A stretch of DNA of 64,000 bases from Octopus vulgaris (Eukaryota): NCBI GenBank assembly GCA_951406725.2, contig OX597817.1, forward strand, positions 85,932,001-85,996,000. Direction: 5' to 3'. A program made the translations under genes and the position numbers. Shown in pieces: positions 37,420 to 50,313 of this stretch. The notes below the pieces were generated by a model, which was not told the DNA's origin, searched no databases, and worked only from the letters and a program-made list of their open reading frames with translations. Every line of letters starts with the position of its first letter. The first letter of the stretch is position 1.

Positions 37420-37713
37420 TCAGCGTCGTGCACCACCACCACCTCCAGTTCCTGGACCACCACGTCCACCAGCACTACCAAGACCACCTAGTCGGTTGTC
37501 TTGTCTGTTTCCACCACCAGATGAGGGCCGGATGCCAGCACGGCCACCACTCATGTTGCCACCCATGATGCTACCTCGTGCAGTGCCACTTCCAAGAGCA
37601 CCACGACCACCTCTTCCACTCATCGGTCTTCCACCTTCTGGACCACTTCCGCCAGCACCACGAGGTTTCTTTTCTTCCACATTCAGCCTATGCTCACCAT
37701 TGTATTTGATGGG
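37420..37713 (-). CDS. G3BP: G3BP terminal coding exon (RRM end and RGG tail)
   Basis: gcacag|PIKYNGEHRLNVEEKKPRGAGGSG...GRGGRG...GGRGGPGTGGGGGARR-TGA. The 11 exons sum to 1461 nt = 486 aa plus stop. Confidence 0.96.
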   Translation of the reverse strand, partial: PIKYNGEHRLNVEEKKPRGAGGSGPEGGRPMSGRGGRGALGSGTARGSIMGGNMSGGRAGIRPSSGGGNRQDNRLGGLGSAGGRGGPGTGGGGGARR

Positions 37714-37867
37714 CTGTGCAAAGAAAATGAGGGAAAAAAACTCAAAGCTTGCTCAAAACGCATAATTTTAAAGCTGTTAAATGTGCACACAAAATTGTCG
37801 ATTGTCTGTGTGCCCAGTTTCCTGGTTATATATAGATGGAAGTAAAAATAGAAAAAATTGTAATTAC

Positions 37868-37927
37868 CTTAACACTTAAAATATGCTGTACAGGTTCTGC
37901 AGTATCAAAAACCACAAAACCGAAGTT
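37868..37927 (-). CDS. G3BP: G3BP coding exon 10 (RRM, RNP1)
   Basis: tttacag|NFGFVVFDTAEPVQHILSVK|gtaat; 60 nt, phase 0 to 0. Confidence 0.96.
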
Positions 37928-38138
37928 CTGTAAAGAGAAAAAAAACAAAGTTTTATTGTATGTAAACCATTAATATTTAAGTCTTAAGAATCTAAAGTAA
38001 AAGTGGTAGATTCCAGGACTGTATCACACATTAGCCTTAATACATAGATGGAATTAAACATTGATCCTTATCAAATGCAATGACCTTTCAAGCCCTATAC
38101 ATCCCTTAACATAAAATAGATGCAGCAGCAGAACTTAC

Positions 38139-38197
38139 GGGTAATTTTCCACCTCCACTCTTCGTGTTAATTCGAAGTTCAACAACACGGCCATAAT
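38139..38197 (-). CDS. G3BP: G3BP coding exon 9 (RRM)
   Basis: ttttag|(N)YGRVVELRINTKSGGGKLP|gtaag; 59 nt, phase 1 to 0. Confidence 0.96.
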
Positions 38198-39334
38198 CTA
38201 AAATAAAATAAGAAAATTAAAACTTCAGATAAATTATTTCACATTTTTTTTCAAGTTTTTAAATGCATGAATGTAGAGTTGGTTCTTATTCTGTATTGCT
38301 GCCCCCCTAGAAGGATCAGAAAGTACATACCATTCTCAAACTAGTTTTTGACATAATTAACCACTTGGTGCAGTAATTTCGGAGGGTTTTTTGAATGCAG
38401 CAAGATAACAGGTTTCAAGACAAGTTGGACATCAATAGTGACAATGATGAACTGATTTCAGAAAGAATGAGGTAAACACTTAAATATCTATTTTCCAAAA
38501 TTTCCAACACTCATGAGTTAACCAGTTCTTGTAATTTAAAAAGCATTGACTTCATTTTCCCCAATTCCAATGTTCCATCTAATGAAGGTGGAGACTAGAG
38601 TCCTGTGCACTGTCTGTAGTTTACAAACTGAAGAATTAATTACCTGTTATGTGTGATAAATTCTGTTACTGAACCACAACAAAGGCCAAATTTAGTGATT
38701 GGGAATTTGGTTTTATAATGTTAGTCGCATTGACAAATTACATTACTTCATTATTTTATCATTATGGTTACTTCCTGTTTTTACAGGAATTCATTCAACT
38801 TTAATAGTGTATTTTATTTCAATTTGCTGTACAGCAATTGCTATTTACCCCATCTGAATATTGTTGACTGATATATATATGGTGATATTTAAACAAAATT
38901 TTAATAATTTCTAATTTAGAAAAGATTTTAGACAAAGTTCTATAGCACATATAGGCAAGAACCTGTACTGCTCCCAATTCCAAACACCATATCGAACTAG
39001 AAAATTCATCTTTTGTCTATTCACAAATGTATTCTGAAAACCAGGTTTTCAGAGATTTCGCTACTGATGTATCATGCAACCCCACTTTCTCAAAATGTTT
39101 TCAAATATTTTACAAGTAAATCAACAGCCTTGACAAGGAAAGGAGAGCAATGTACTAAAATACAGTTAATTATCAAAACAGAAAATAAAAAGCGAGGAAC
39201 TGCAAGCACACACAGAAGAAAATTAATGCAATATGTTTAAATATAAAAAAATTATAGAAATTTAGAAAATAGTGCTCTAGCAGGCTTCAGACAGAAACTA
39301 AGAGAATTAAAAGAATATTTTTCAATATAACTTG

Positions 39335-40115
39335 TGTTGTGGAGGACACACCCGAGTGAGAGAAGTGGGCCGTTCCACTACAAATAAATAGTAGACAGCC
39401 ACAATGAGTGAGGCAGTTGGTGAGGTACACCGTTCACAGCCAGTCAGGCAATTTGGGTCAGCTGGGGTCAATGGTAAAGTACACCGTTTTTCAAAAACAG
39501 ACAGGATACAACAATGACCATAGAATACAAGGAAAAATTTGGAGACAAAAAAATTCTATGAAATAATAGAATATGATGTAAAGAGGAAAAAAAATTCTGC
39601 TGAAGAAGTATTTCTGGAGTACTACCTGGGACACAGGAAAAAATAATACAAGCCCGTTGAAGGATTTCAGTCAGGTCACTCATGTGTTTGTAGCGCTACT
39701 GGTAAGAATGTAAAGCTAGTACCATCTGTGGTATACATATAGTATGGTTCAAATGTGTAATAGAGTTGGGGGGGGGGGGGGAGCCAATAGATGTATATCG
39801 GAGAAATATAAAATAGAATTTCTGTGATAAGAAATTGAAAGAGACTGGGGGGGGGCCCCTGATGGGTGAATATTGGAGAACTCCATGTAATAATTTCTCC
39901 GAGAAAGGAAGGGGGGGGCGCACATTATTTCTCTATGAGGGGTGCGGGACACCCTCGAGTGAGAGAAGTGGGCTGCTCCACTACAAATAGTAGACAGCCA
40001 AAAGTGGGGCAGTTAGCGAGGTACATCATTTGCAGCCAGTCATGCCATCAAAACATGCTGTTATAATACAGGACATAACAAAAAAAAAAAAAAAAAAAAA
40101 AAAAGAAAAGAAAAA
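39335..40115 (+). mobile_element. Unclassified insertion with ~100-bp direct repeats, G-runs and a poly(A) tract in a G3BP intron
   Basis: ggacacacccgagtgagagaagtgggc...cagccagtca at 39343-39445 recurs at 39947-40042; A-tract at 40080-40115. Confidence 0.6.
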
Positions 40116-40192
40116 GAATATTATTGAAAATTACTCTCACAATTCAAGATATTACATGAAAAACCTTGAATGAGAAGGGGAGGAAAACATAC

Positions 40193-40368
40193 TTTCAAAA
40201 TAGGTTCGCAGTTCTTTCTCAGTAATGTTGTGCGGTAAGTTGCCAACAAAAAGTTGATGACTGTCAGGATATCTTGACCCTCTGCGACCACTGAGACTGT
40301 CGGAATCCCCATCATCAGTCCTACTTGCACTTGTTCTCTCTCGTTCTCGTATACGTTCTCTTGGGTTC
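40193..40368 (-). CDS. G3BP: G3BP coding exon 8 (start of RRM, RNP2)
   Basis: tatag|[60 protein letters not shown]|gtatgt; [13 protein letters not shown] is the G3BP RRM signature; 176 nt. Confidence 0.96.
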
Positions 40369-40570
40369 CTATAATATTGACAATATCAATCATAATTAAC
40401 AATCACATCACGACAAATAGCAATATATTGTATTTCTATATTTGCTGAACACAGAAAAGAGAAACCCCACCCGCACTCTCTAGTGATAGCAAACAAAGTT
40501 ACATTTCAATTAAAAACTAATCTGATATGAAAAATTTCAATGCTTTAAAATATCTTCAAATTCAAATTAC

Positions 40571-40745
40571 CGAGCCCTCTGAGGTTGTGGACCTTGATTC
40601 ATATCCAATTTAACATCACTCCGTGTAGCTTGAGTTTTCCCTAAAGGCTGGGCATGACCTGCAGGCCCTGCACTAGTGGTTGATGGCTGAGATGGAGGAG
40701 CATTCTTGCTGGCCAAACTTGCCCAAGAAACTGGCTTCGGTTCCA
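40571..40745 (-). CDS. G3BP: G3BP coding exon 7 (SWAS motif and Pro/Gln-rich IDR2)
   Basis: tttcag|VEPKPVSWASLASKNAPPSQPSTTSAGPAGHAQPLGKTQATRSDVKLDMNQGPQPQRA(R)|gtaat; conserved SWASxxSKN; 175 nt, phase 1 to 2. Confidence 0.94.
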
Positions 40746-40848
40746 CTGAAACAAAAATTAAATCCTATAAATACTGAAAACAATATTTTGTTGTGTCTAG
40801 AGAGAGTCATGTTATCTTAAACACACTGGTTCAATTTCCACTCATATT

Positions 40849-40850
<2 letters not shown>

Positions 40851-40903
<53 letters not shown>
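40851..40903. repeat. (TA)n microsatellite
   Basis: About 26 perfect TA units; others at 7250-7279 and 18173-18203; (GA)n at 43215-43236; (CT)n at 63744-63767. Confidence 0.95.
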
Positions 40904-40907
<4 letters not shown>

Positions 40908-43023
40908 TACAAAAACGAAATTGAAAATAGTTTTACACAAATTAGAGAACTTGGGCATAAATTACTCTTTTGTTACAGTTGATCATTCAAGTATAATTCT
41001 ACATGAGGGGGAAATGTGAGTGAAGTTTTAAGCATTTTGTTAAAAACCAAAACAGATTATACTGTATAATTCTGAAATAAAGATTGCAGAACTTACAATA
41101 CTTAAGACTTATCTGTAATGAACATTTGAAATATGTCCACTAAACATACTCAATGAGAGCTTTAACAAAATATAGATTTCCAATGAAATAAATTTCTTAC
41201 ATAAACAAAGCTCTGAAATATGATGGGAGGTGTTTACAAACTGACCCCAGTACTTAAATGGTACTTTATCAGCCTAAGAAGGATGAAAGACAAATTTCAC
41301 CTTTGCACAGAGCCAAACAAATTCAGTAGGGCATTTTATCCAATGCTTTAGCAATTCTATCAATTCATGACCCAGATTTTCAAGAAATAAGCTAAATGAA
41401 TATATGAGCAAACCAACTTAATTATCAATCTTCAGGTGTTGAAAATTAAGAATACACTATTGTTCAGTTGATTTGATATTTTGGATTGTTAAAAGTAGTA
41501 ATGTCTAAGCTCCCATTAAATTTATTTTTGCATCAGCTACCATCATTTTCAAAAAGAAACTCTCCACATATAAGCAGCAGCCTCATTTATTATCAGTTAC
41601 TTTTGATGATATACATGTAAGATTTTAAAATGTCGATGGTTTCACAATCAATAGCAACAACTTTTAGCAAGGATTTGAGATTCCACGATATGAAGAACAT
41701 TCATAATTTATAAAGAGTTAAAATTGTGTGGTCCAGCAGAAATGTTACACCTGAATGTAAAATGAACCAACCAACTAGCTTTTGTTATAATAGTCAATCA
41801 AGTGATTAAACAAAGTAAAGACAAAACAATATACTTTCTACAACATAACACAATTGAAGAAGCAAAATAACAAGATCAGATATGGAACACTGAATGAAAA
41901 TATAAAAAACACAGAAAGCATTATAAAGCAATGTGTTCTATTTCTCATTACATGAAATGGGATAGAAAAAACAAACCCTTCAACAATTACTAGTCAAATC
42001 CTTTGATTTTGACCATCACAGAATAATATAATCAGTTATGATTTATGTAACACTATGGAGATCAAAGCTATTCAGTTAAACTTTAAATCTTGATTTTACA
42101 CACAAAACCAGAAAACTATTATTGAAGTTATAGAATGGAATACTGTAAATTTGAGAGTTAATGCAACCATTCTTGTTGCACAATTCAAGGGATCCCACCA
42201 ACATTAGAGAAGAGTTGCATGATGTTAAATGGTTAATTTAACACTATTAAACATCACGTCACCCTCTGCACTTTCTCACCTCCATAAATTTTTATTTTTA
42301 TTGGGTTTTTCAGCTGAAATATTCAACAACCTAGTCCACTGCTACCCACACCTCTTCCTTTCAATGACCATGATTCCTCTCAGTATTGCTACTTCTCTCC
42401 TTTCCCTCCTCACACCTTCTGTCCATACTTGTCCTTTACAATGTTAGATAGCCCTAGACTTCCTTCACAACCCATCCCATTACACACACCCCCATCCTGT
42501 CTTCTCACTACTTCTCATCCCTCTGCATAGAATTACGGTTCATTTTCTTGTTCTCCAGTAATACAGTTACTTTATACTCTTAGCCTTGTAAGTTACAAAG
42601 TAATCATCCATAGTGCTGGTGCCACAAAGCACATAGTACACTAAAAAAATGGCTGGCACTAGGAAGGGCAACCACATCAAATAAGATACTGGTGCATGAC
42701 AGTGTCCTCTGATTCAGCCCTTGCCAACATGGAAGCTGAACATATTGTTGTAAGTTATTTGGATTTTTAGCAATTGAGTTTACAAGAAATGTAACTGTAT
42801 ACTTAGTCAAGATTTATACTACCATTATTAACATGCTGGTAATGAAATAAATTCAGTGGCAATGTCAACCATAAAGCTAAAACCATGTCAAGTAGAAAAA
42901 CTTGACAGAAGGTGCAAGACAGACCCACAAGACATCTAAATATTTAAATTACAACACAAATAACAAAATTTATTATGAAGAATTTCCAATAAAATTTATC
43001 AATTTGTGCAAGACAAAACTTAC

Positions 43024-43181
43024 CAGGTGCCTCTGGAACAGGTTCTGGCTCTGGGGTCTTGATTTCCAGTTCTTTCTCCGGCTCTGATACTGGCTCTTCA
43101 ACAACTTCTTCCTTGGGTTCTTCTTCCACCGATTTCTCAGCAGGTGAATCTGGTCCTTCATCTATATCAGCATTTCCATTA
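43024..43181 (-). CDS. G3BP: G3BP coding exon 6 (acidic Glu/Pro-rich IDR)
   Basis: ttttag|T NGNADIDEGPDSPAEKSVEEEPKEEVVEEPVSEPEKELEIKTPEPEPVPEAP G|gtaag; 158 nt, phase 2 to 1. Confidence 0.93.
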
Positions 43182-43743
43182 CTAAAATGATGGATTTTAG
43201 TTAGAAATTGAATTGAGAGAGAGAGAGAGAGAGAGATCAACCACAAATAATTATATCTTCACACATTTCACCTAATGACTTAATGGAACCAAATGTTCCA
43301 AATGAAAAAACTGCCTCACCAAGAAAAAGTACCCAGCAGATTGTTTTACTACCTTAATGCCTAATATTCTCAATAAGTGCATTTGTCAGCTTCATTTCAT
43401 TCTTAACCTGCTATTAATACACAAGTATTCCACTCCTCACCGCCTATATATGAAAAGACAGATCTTTTCTATAGAATTCATCCCTGGGGTTTTCTAATTA
43501 CTCACCTTAAGTATTAATGGAAATAGGAAAATTTTTCAAATTTGAAGACCATTAGGTGTAATCTCTGATTGCAAAACAGGTTTATAACAGAAAAATTTAA
43601 AGAATTAGTTAATTTGCTTCAAGAAGAATTATATATTGCTATATCTTTACAATTTTAATTTAGTAAATAACACCCTCCATGAAACACCAAGGGAGAAAGA
43701 GAATATGGGCATTCCTTACTTCAAAATGGGTGTCAATACATAC

Positions 43744-43834
43744 CTTAAAACAGATGGTGGCTCATAATATTGTGATACCGATTCTTGTATTGGTCCTGTT
43801 TGAGTAACAGTTTCAGTGTTTTCCTGCTCAGAGC
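43744..43834 (-). CDS. G3BP: G3BP coding exon 5 (acidic IDR1)
   Basis: ttttccag|[30 protein letters not shown](S)|gtatgt; 91 nt, phase 1 to 2. Confidence 0.9.
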
Positions 43835-43924
43835 CTGGAAAAGTTTTAAAATATTTGAGATAATCAGAAATTAAATTATTTCTTAACACGTTTAGCACAA
43901 CAGAAGGAAAAAAAGCCAACGTAC

Positions 43925-44093
43925 CACCACTTTCAAAATTTTCTACATCAGATTCAGAATCTGGAAATACTTCATCCTGGTAACGAAATATGTCATTATG
44001 GACATAATATTTTTTGGGTGACTGTGGCGCCAATACAAAAGTTTGCATGAAACGGCGCATTGGCTGGCCATAATTGGATAGTTCCCCTGTAAC
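43925..44093 (-). CDS. G3BP: G3BP coding exon 4 (end of NTF2-like domain)
   Basis: ttttcag|[57 protein letters not shown]|gtacgt; 169 nt; contains the hallmark [11 protein letters not shown]...[12 protein letters not shown]. Confidence 0.96.
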
Positions 44094-44591
44094 CTGAAAA
44101 TTTAAATTTAAAAATTATCTCAAAACCTGGATAAATGGAAAGTTTCTCATTCATATTCAAATAAAATCCATAAATGATGTGAGCAGGGATAGATACATGA
44201 GGGTAGGCATAGGAGAAAAGATTTGAATGTCTTGCCAATGCATTCTACCAACATCTGGACTGATTAAAATTGCAAACATGTTCAGGAAATATCCACAAAG
44301 TCATTGGAAAGAATCACTCTTTCAGACCTACATCACAATGCAAGGATTTATTGCAGTATTTAGATTTTGAAAATTGCAGGTTGAGAGACAAGTGTAAAAA
44401 CTCACAAAATTTAATAATTATCCAACAAATGTGGATAAAAATATTTAACACTCAAATAGTTGAACAAATGGAAAATAATAATAAGCATACAAAGTATGAA
44501 GAAAGCATTATACTTCAAAACAAAAATGAAAATAGCATATGTAAATTCATAAAACATTTGCAAGATACAAGTAAAATAAAGAAAAGCTTAC

Positions 44592-44693
44592 TTGAATTAA
44601 CACTGCATTTGATACCGTAAATTGACTGTCTACCTGGCGGATCTTTGTTCGACAATCACTGAAGTTCAGAGATAAAATTTTCTTATGGATGTT
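44592..44693 (-). CDS. G3BP: G3BP coding exon 3 (NTF2-like)
   Basis: ttttcag|[34 protein letters not shown]|gtaagc; 102 nt, phase 0 to 0. Confidence 0.96.
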
Positions 44694-45285
44694 CTGAAAA
44701 ATTTTTTAAAATAAGAAACCAATGTGAAATTAAAAATGCCAACAATTTATGTAAAACTTTAATCTAATTTGTATTTAATGTAATTTCAGTGTAATTGGTA
44801 AATACATGCAAAGGTAAATTTGTATACAAAAATCACCAAATGCTCAATGCAAAATTGTGATAGAAGACTGGAAACACAGCAAGTTCTAATTAAAACTAGT
44901 TTCAGAAAAACTTTGCATTGATGTCAACTATATTTTCAGGCTGCACATTTTTTTTTACCATGAATATATGTTAGCACTTTTGTGATTTTTTATACAGACA
45001 CATTTCAGGAGAAATATTATTGGAAGAAGTTTTCATAATACAGATATGTAAACTGGCAGTATAATTGTGATTGAGAAGCTGATAATAAATTAGTAGGAAA
45101 AACAAACAAGAAAACACCTTGGCACTTATACTGCCAAAAATGGTTGGACAGCCAACAACTCCATTCATAAAATAAATAATTCTGGTTACTTATTTTAGAA
45201 ATAATATAGAAATCTGAAGTAGGACTTTTCTCAATTCTAAATGAACTGAACACCATTATGGTCAGCAAACTATGAAAATACTTAC

Positions 45286-45367
45286 ATCTTGACCCACAAC
45301 AGGTTGCTGTTCTTCGCCAACTTTCTCAATACCACCATGAACAAAGCTTGAATTGTTACTGTAAAAC
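45286..45367 (-). CDS. G3BP: G3BP coding exon 2 (NTF2-like)
   Basis: tag|G FYSNNSSFVHGGIEKVGEEQQPVVGQD|gtaag; 82 nt, phase 2 to 0. Confidence 0.96.
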
Positions 45368-47375
45368 CTATTTTATAAAAATTAAAAACATTACTAGAAA
45401 TCAACAATTTTCATAACATAAAAATATTAATATTAATTTTATTTTTGTTAACATAGTTTTCATACTCAGTAGCAGATCAATCTGTTTCCCGACAACATGC
45501 ATTGTCACTGTGGTTCAGATTGTGTAGACAGATTGTCGGGCACCAAAATCAAAGTGCCAAACATTATTTCATGATTCAAATGCAAATTATATTCCTCTGA
45601 TAAATTTTGCTAAAAACAAAGTTTCATTTCCATTTGACCATATGCATCATACTGGAACCCACTAACACATAAGTTAAAATAAGGATTCTCTTTCGCGAAA
45701 ATATTTAACTTGGATACCTACACGTCTGGGACCTCCCCTGTGTGTGCTATCATATACACTTCCTGTTTTGAAGTAATCTCAAAACTTGCTACCAAAATAT
45801 TTTATATTTCAAACAGCCACCTCAATAAGTTTTATTTTACGAAATTAATTATTTTCAAAATTAACTGAAATGAAGGCAGAGATATAGTAAAAGAAGGGTT
45901 TATATAGCTGAGTTACCTGATTATTCTAGTTTTCAGCTGATAATTCTGCAATGATTATCCAGTAATTGAAATAACTTGAGCTCCATCTTACTAACAAATA
46001 CTATCACTACTAATGTCATTTCTACAAAGCCAATTTATTCCACTTTCATGAGTCAATTCCATGTAACCAATATTTTGATGACCATGTACCTATATTTTCC
46101 ACACATCCAGCACTACCACTATCAACATACAGTGAAGTCTGAACTTTAGTCAATACATATTAGTAGTAATAACAGAGAAATATTAATTTCAGTGTCAAAG
46201 TAGGTTGCACACAGCCTATGCACTCTACCTTTGAACAGAAAATGCTGACAACTTGTTAATGACACGATACACATTAAACATTCCAGTTACTGAAAAATAT
46301 AACTACGAAATTTATATTAAATATAGCAAATAAATAATTGCCATCATACAACAGGGCATTTGATTTCTGGGATGCAGGCCACTATCATTTAAAAACACAC
46401 ATGCATAAACAATATATTAGACAGATTAATTGGAAACAGAACAGTTTATGACAAGATTTTCAAACTTAAATTTTAAGACCAGCAGGTTTAAATTATTTTA
46501 AGCCAAATATTACAAACTCTAGATGCTTAAAAAACATGGACTATCAGACAATAAAAACATTATTTAAAATGACAGTTGTAAATCTGACATGCAATAAGTG
46601 TTTCATTTATTCATCAGTTTTGTTGCAATTTTAACCCCTACTCCTCTCCATGCCACACTTTCATTTTTGCCCGTCTCCTCTCCACTACACAATGGTCCTT
46701 AACTTTCCTTGAGATCTATGCTTTTATCCTTACATTTTATATAATAGCTATATTAAAATCCCCACCACCCTACTTCATTCACAGCTTTGCAATTTTCATA
46801 AATCATGGTTTGCTGTTACAATGTGGAATAGAGGTACTGAACATCTTGTACATTTGTAAGAGAGTTTATAAATACAGTTTATAAGTGCTATCAATATTTA
46901 GTTTTTAAGACAAGAATTTGTTCCAAATTATCATATCACTTTTACATCTTGAGCCATTCCTTACAACACACATCACGTATGTTTGAACACAAAAACCACT
47001 TATTTCTTTGACTGTAAATCAGAGAATGATCACAAATGCTTAAATTTTAATTGGAAATAAAATCTTCAATCACACTGTCCATTACACTTGTATTCATAAT
47101 TATGACACCGAGGGAGTCAAGTTAAAAGACAAATGGATAGTCTTTAAACTACTTTTGTTTAGGACTTCATATTATTGTTTTAATGTTTAATTTTCCATAT
47201 ACAGAAGAAATGGAACATTTGCAAACCTTTATTACAATAGTACAAGAATGACATAAACTGAAAACAAAAATCAAATAATGAGCTATTGCCTGTTGGTCAA
47301 CTGGGTAATAAATGCTGGCAAGACCTAGTTTGATATATGGTATTGTGAATTGTCTTTTGTTTTACTATATATTAA

Positions 47376-48809
47376 ACCTTTAGTGTTCAAACCGGCCAAA
47401 ATTAATTCCCATTTATTTGTTCAAACTGGCCAAATCTGGCCGTATCCAACTGCTCTATGAAATCGCTAAAAAAAAAATAAATCACATTGAATTCTTGTAG
47501 CTTTGAGACAATGCGAGATGAAGTTTTCCGCCTTTATTCAAGCATAAATACTGTGAAATTGTTTTGACATGGTTTTTTTTCAGCGTTTGAAGAGAAGTCC
47601 GTACCTTAGTTTTTAATGAAATGGCATCAGCAAGTAATGATTCCAAATTTGAAGGTTTTACTCTTGATGATATAGAAAATATAAATATAAGGTATGGTGA
47701 TCCGTATATCTCAAGTATAATGTCGAAGATGTATTCGAAAATATCTCAGTATTTACATTTAATTGATTCTGCTAATGTCCCCAGCAAAAACGACCCAAAC
47801 TATGATCCCCTGTACAATGTACATCTTGTAATTGATTTACACCTTAATAGTTATAAAACTGTATCTACCTGGGAAAAATCTCAGTGTAGATGAAGCCATG
47901 ATAGGCTATAAGAGCAGAGTACATTTTCGGCAGTAGATGCCTGCCAAACCCACTAAATAGGTGATCATGGTATGGGAATCTTGTGAATCAGACACTGGCT
48001 ATTGTGTAAACTTTGATGTTTACACAGGTAAAAAATATAATTGAAATAGACCATATGGATTGGGACATGATGTAGTATGGTCTCTTACTGAACCATTTCA
48101 CTATCAGCACTGACACCTCTATTTTGACTGGGTTTTTTTTTCTTTTTTCTTCAGTGGCTTTGGCAGAAAATCTTGCCTGTGTAAGTACTTACACGTGCAG
48201 TACTGTTATGGGCAACCATAAAGGTTTACCCCATGAAATGAAAATAAAATTTTAAAAAAGAGGGGACATTTTACAAATATAAAAGGAAAATTTATTAGCT
48301 ACTGCTTTTAAAGACAAGAGACAGATTTTATTTCTGTCTACTAATGAACAACCTGGTGTTGGTGCCTAGGGAAAACCCCTAGTGAATATTTGTTATATCA
48401 AATATATGGGTGGGATTGATAAATCTGACCAATATCGGACAATGTTACCCAGTTGGTCGACCTGGGAAGAAATGGAGGTACATTTTGTGGTTTTTAGTTT
48501 ATTAACTATAGTTAATTCATATATTGTATATGTAAAAAGCTACAAGGTACCTCTGCCACCAAAAGACTACAAGCACCTGTTAATTAAATTTACCTGTCCA
48601 TAAAAGCCAAATTTAATCAGAAAGATCAGCTAAAATTACATAACTATAAACCACTGGCATATAAGCACCCATTTACAAAGTTTTAAATCTGTATGTAGAA
48701 AAAGTTACAAGCAAACATTGTGGAGACCCCACTTGAACCCGAATAAATCAAAATTCATGTGAACAGAGATAAGCATTACATTTGACGAATTAATCTGAAC
48801 ACTAATAGG
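47376..48809 (+). mobile_element. piggyBac (PGBD4-like) transposon relic with both ends and TTAA TSDs
   Basis: TTAA-ACCTTTAGTGTTCA ... TGAACACTAATAGG-TTAA. Motifs YLHLIDS..DPNYDPLY, YLPGKNLSVDEAMIGYKSRVHFRQ*MPAKPTK*..VWESCESDTGYCVNFDVYTGK, HLYFD and YIKYMGGIDKSDQ; many stops. Confidence 0.93.
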
Positions 48810-50313
48810 TTAAACTAGAAAGGGTTTTAAAACAAATCAACCTTTTGCACCTCACTCATAGCTGATGTAACCATTCTAATGAGGTCTTTAAAAATAAAAA
48901 AAATATATTAAAAAAACAGAAAATGTAAAAGCCTGCCAGAGAGATTGTCCCTCCCCCCACCAACCAATTCAGCTGATCACACAATGGTTGCAAAAAGTTG
49001 TGCCATGAGTGCCATCATCAGAAAGGGAGAGATATCAGTGGATAGTCAACTGAAATGACTTCTCAGATTACATTATGTAGCATGGGATGCTTTACATATT
49101 TTCAATTTACTTGCATGGTGAAATTTTATTAAATCATGTGAGTGTATTTATTTCATTTGTAGTGATCTTCACACAAATTTCAATATTTTGTGCTACTTTA
49201 CCTTTATTCAACTGGAAATTAATGTGCATAAGTTTATATTGCAATATTTTTTTTGTATAACTAGTTAACTAATTTTCTTTGATAATGTTTAAACAAAATT
49301 TAAATCATTTTACTGAAGTTATTCGAGACAAAAATAACCTAATAGACTTATTTTTGTAAAGTTGTCCCAAAAACAACATTTACATGTTAAATAGTTTTAT
49401 GAAACCATCTAAATTGCTTTAGAATGGACATTGAAATGCATAGGGAGAGTATATAGAATTGAAAGAAGCATTATGTATCACATCGAGAGGGGTGGATTAA
49501 TAAAGGAAACTGCACTTTTTCCAGTACTTAAATTCTAATATGACTTTCCATGCAGTTGATATATATTCCTTGCATCATCAAGACTTAACATTATTTTGCA
49601 CTTCTAAAACTACTTCACTGGCATCTTAAAAGCCAAATTTGGAGTTTATTGAAGAAAGGATAACAAATACATAGAATAAGTGTGACAAGCCAATTAAGGA
49701 ATATCCACATGTCACAAAACCTGCTATAAATGCCCAAAACAATATCACAAATAATAAAAAAAATTAATACAAAAGAGGAAGTATATATTTAACAACATAA
49801 AACAACTGTTTCAGATTCATCACACAGCTACCACCTAAATGCTAAAAGGAACTATCAAATTAAGTTGTTCCTGCTTGGCCAGGTCTATTACAATCTGCCA
49901 ATTTAATTACATTTTGGTATTCTAAAAGTATTGAATGGTTATAGAATTTTAATCCTGGTGTGCACAGCCTTCAACCAATGTAATTTCATTATCTTCAGTC
50001 TTTGGTTTGCAGTACAAGGACTTAAATGAAGCTGTCTTATTTCATCAGTTGTCCACAACCAGTAAAGTGCTTAAACACTAACTACATTTAATTCCATATA
50101 TAAAATAGAAAACATCCAGTCACTATTTCATTGCCATCATTCCCTACAAAACGAATGAATTCAGCTTACTGCTTTCCCACCAAACAAGTCTTGAGCAAGC
50201 AGACAAGGTGAAATATATTTTATTCATCTATTTCTTCAGACATATGAGCATACTTGAACATAATTATTTTTTTTACAGCTAGCAGGTTGTATTTTGGCCT
50301 CAACTGTGCATAG

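Noticed and set aside
37316-37765. 149-aa proline-rich ORF on the plus strand
   Set aside because: Antisense shadow of the Gly/Arg-rich G3BP last exon (GGN codons read as Pro); no independent support.
39033-39053. Perfect palindrome TCTGAAAACC-A-GGTTTTCAGA; similar short hairpins at 57022-57044 and 58298-58316
   Set aside because: Isolated 8-10 bp stems can arise by chance or transposon decay in 64 kb of AT-rich DNA; no supporting context.
43215-43236. (UC)n tract upstream of G3BP exon 6 as a PTB-controlled skipping element
   Set aside because: The 158-nt exon is not frame-symmetric and such microsatellites are ubiquitous here; no evidence of regulation.
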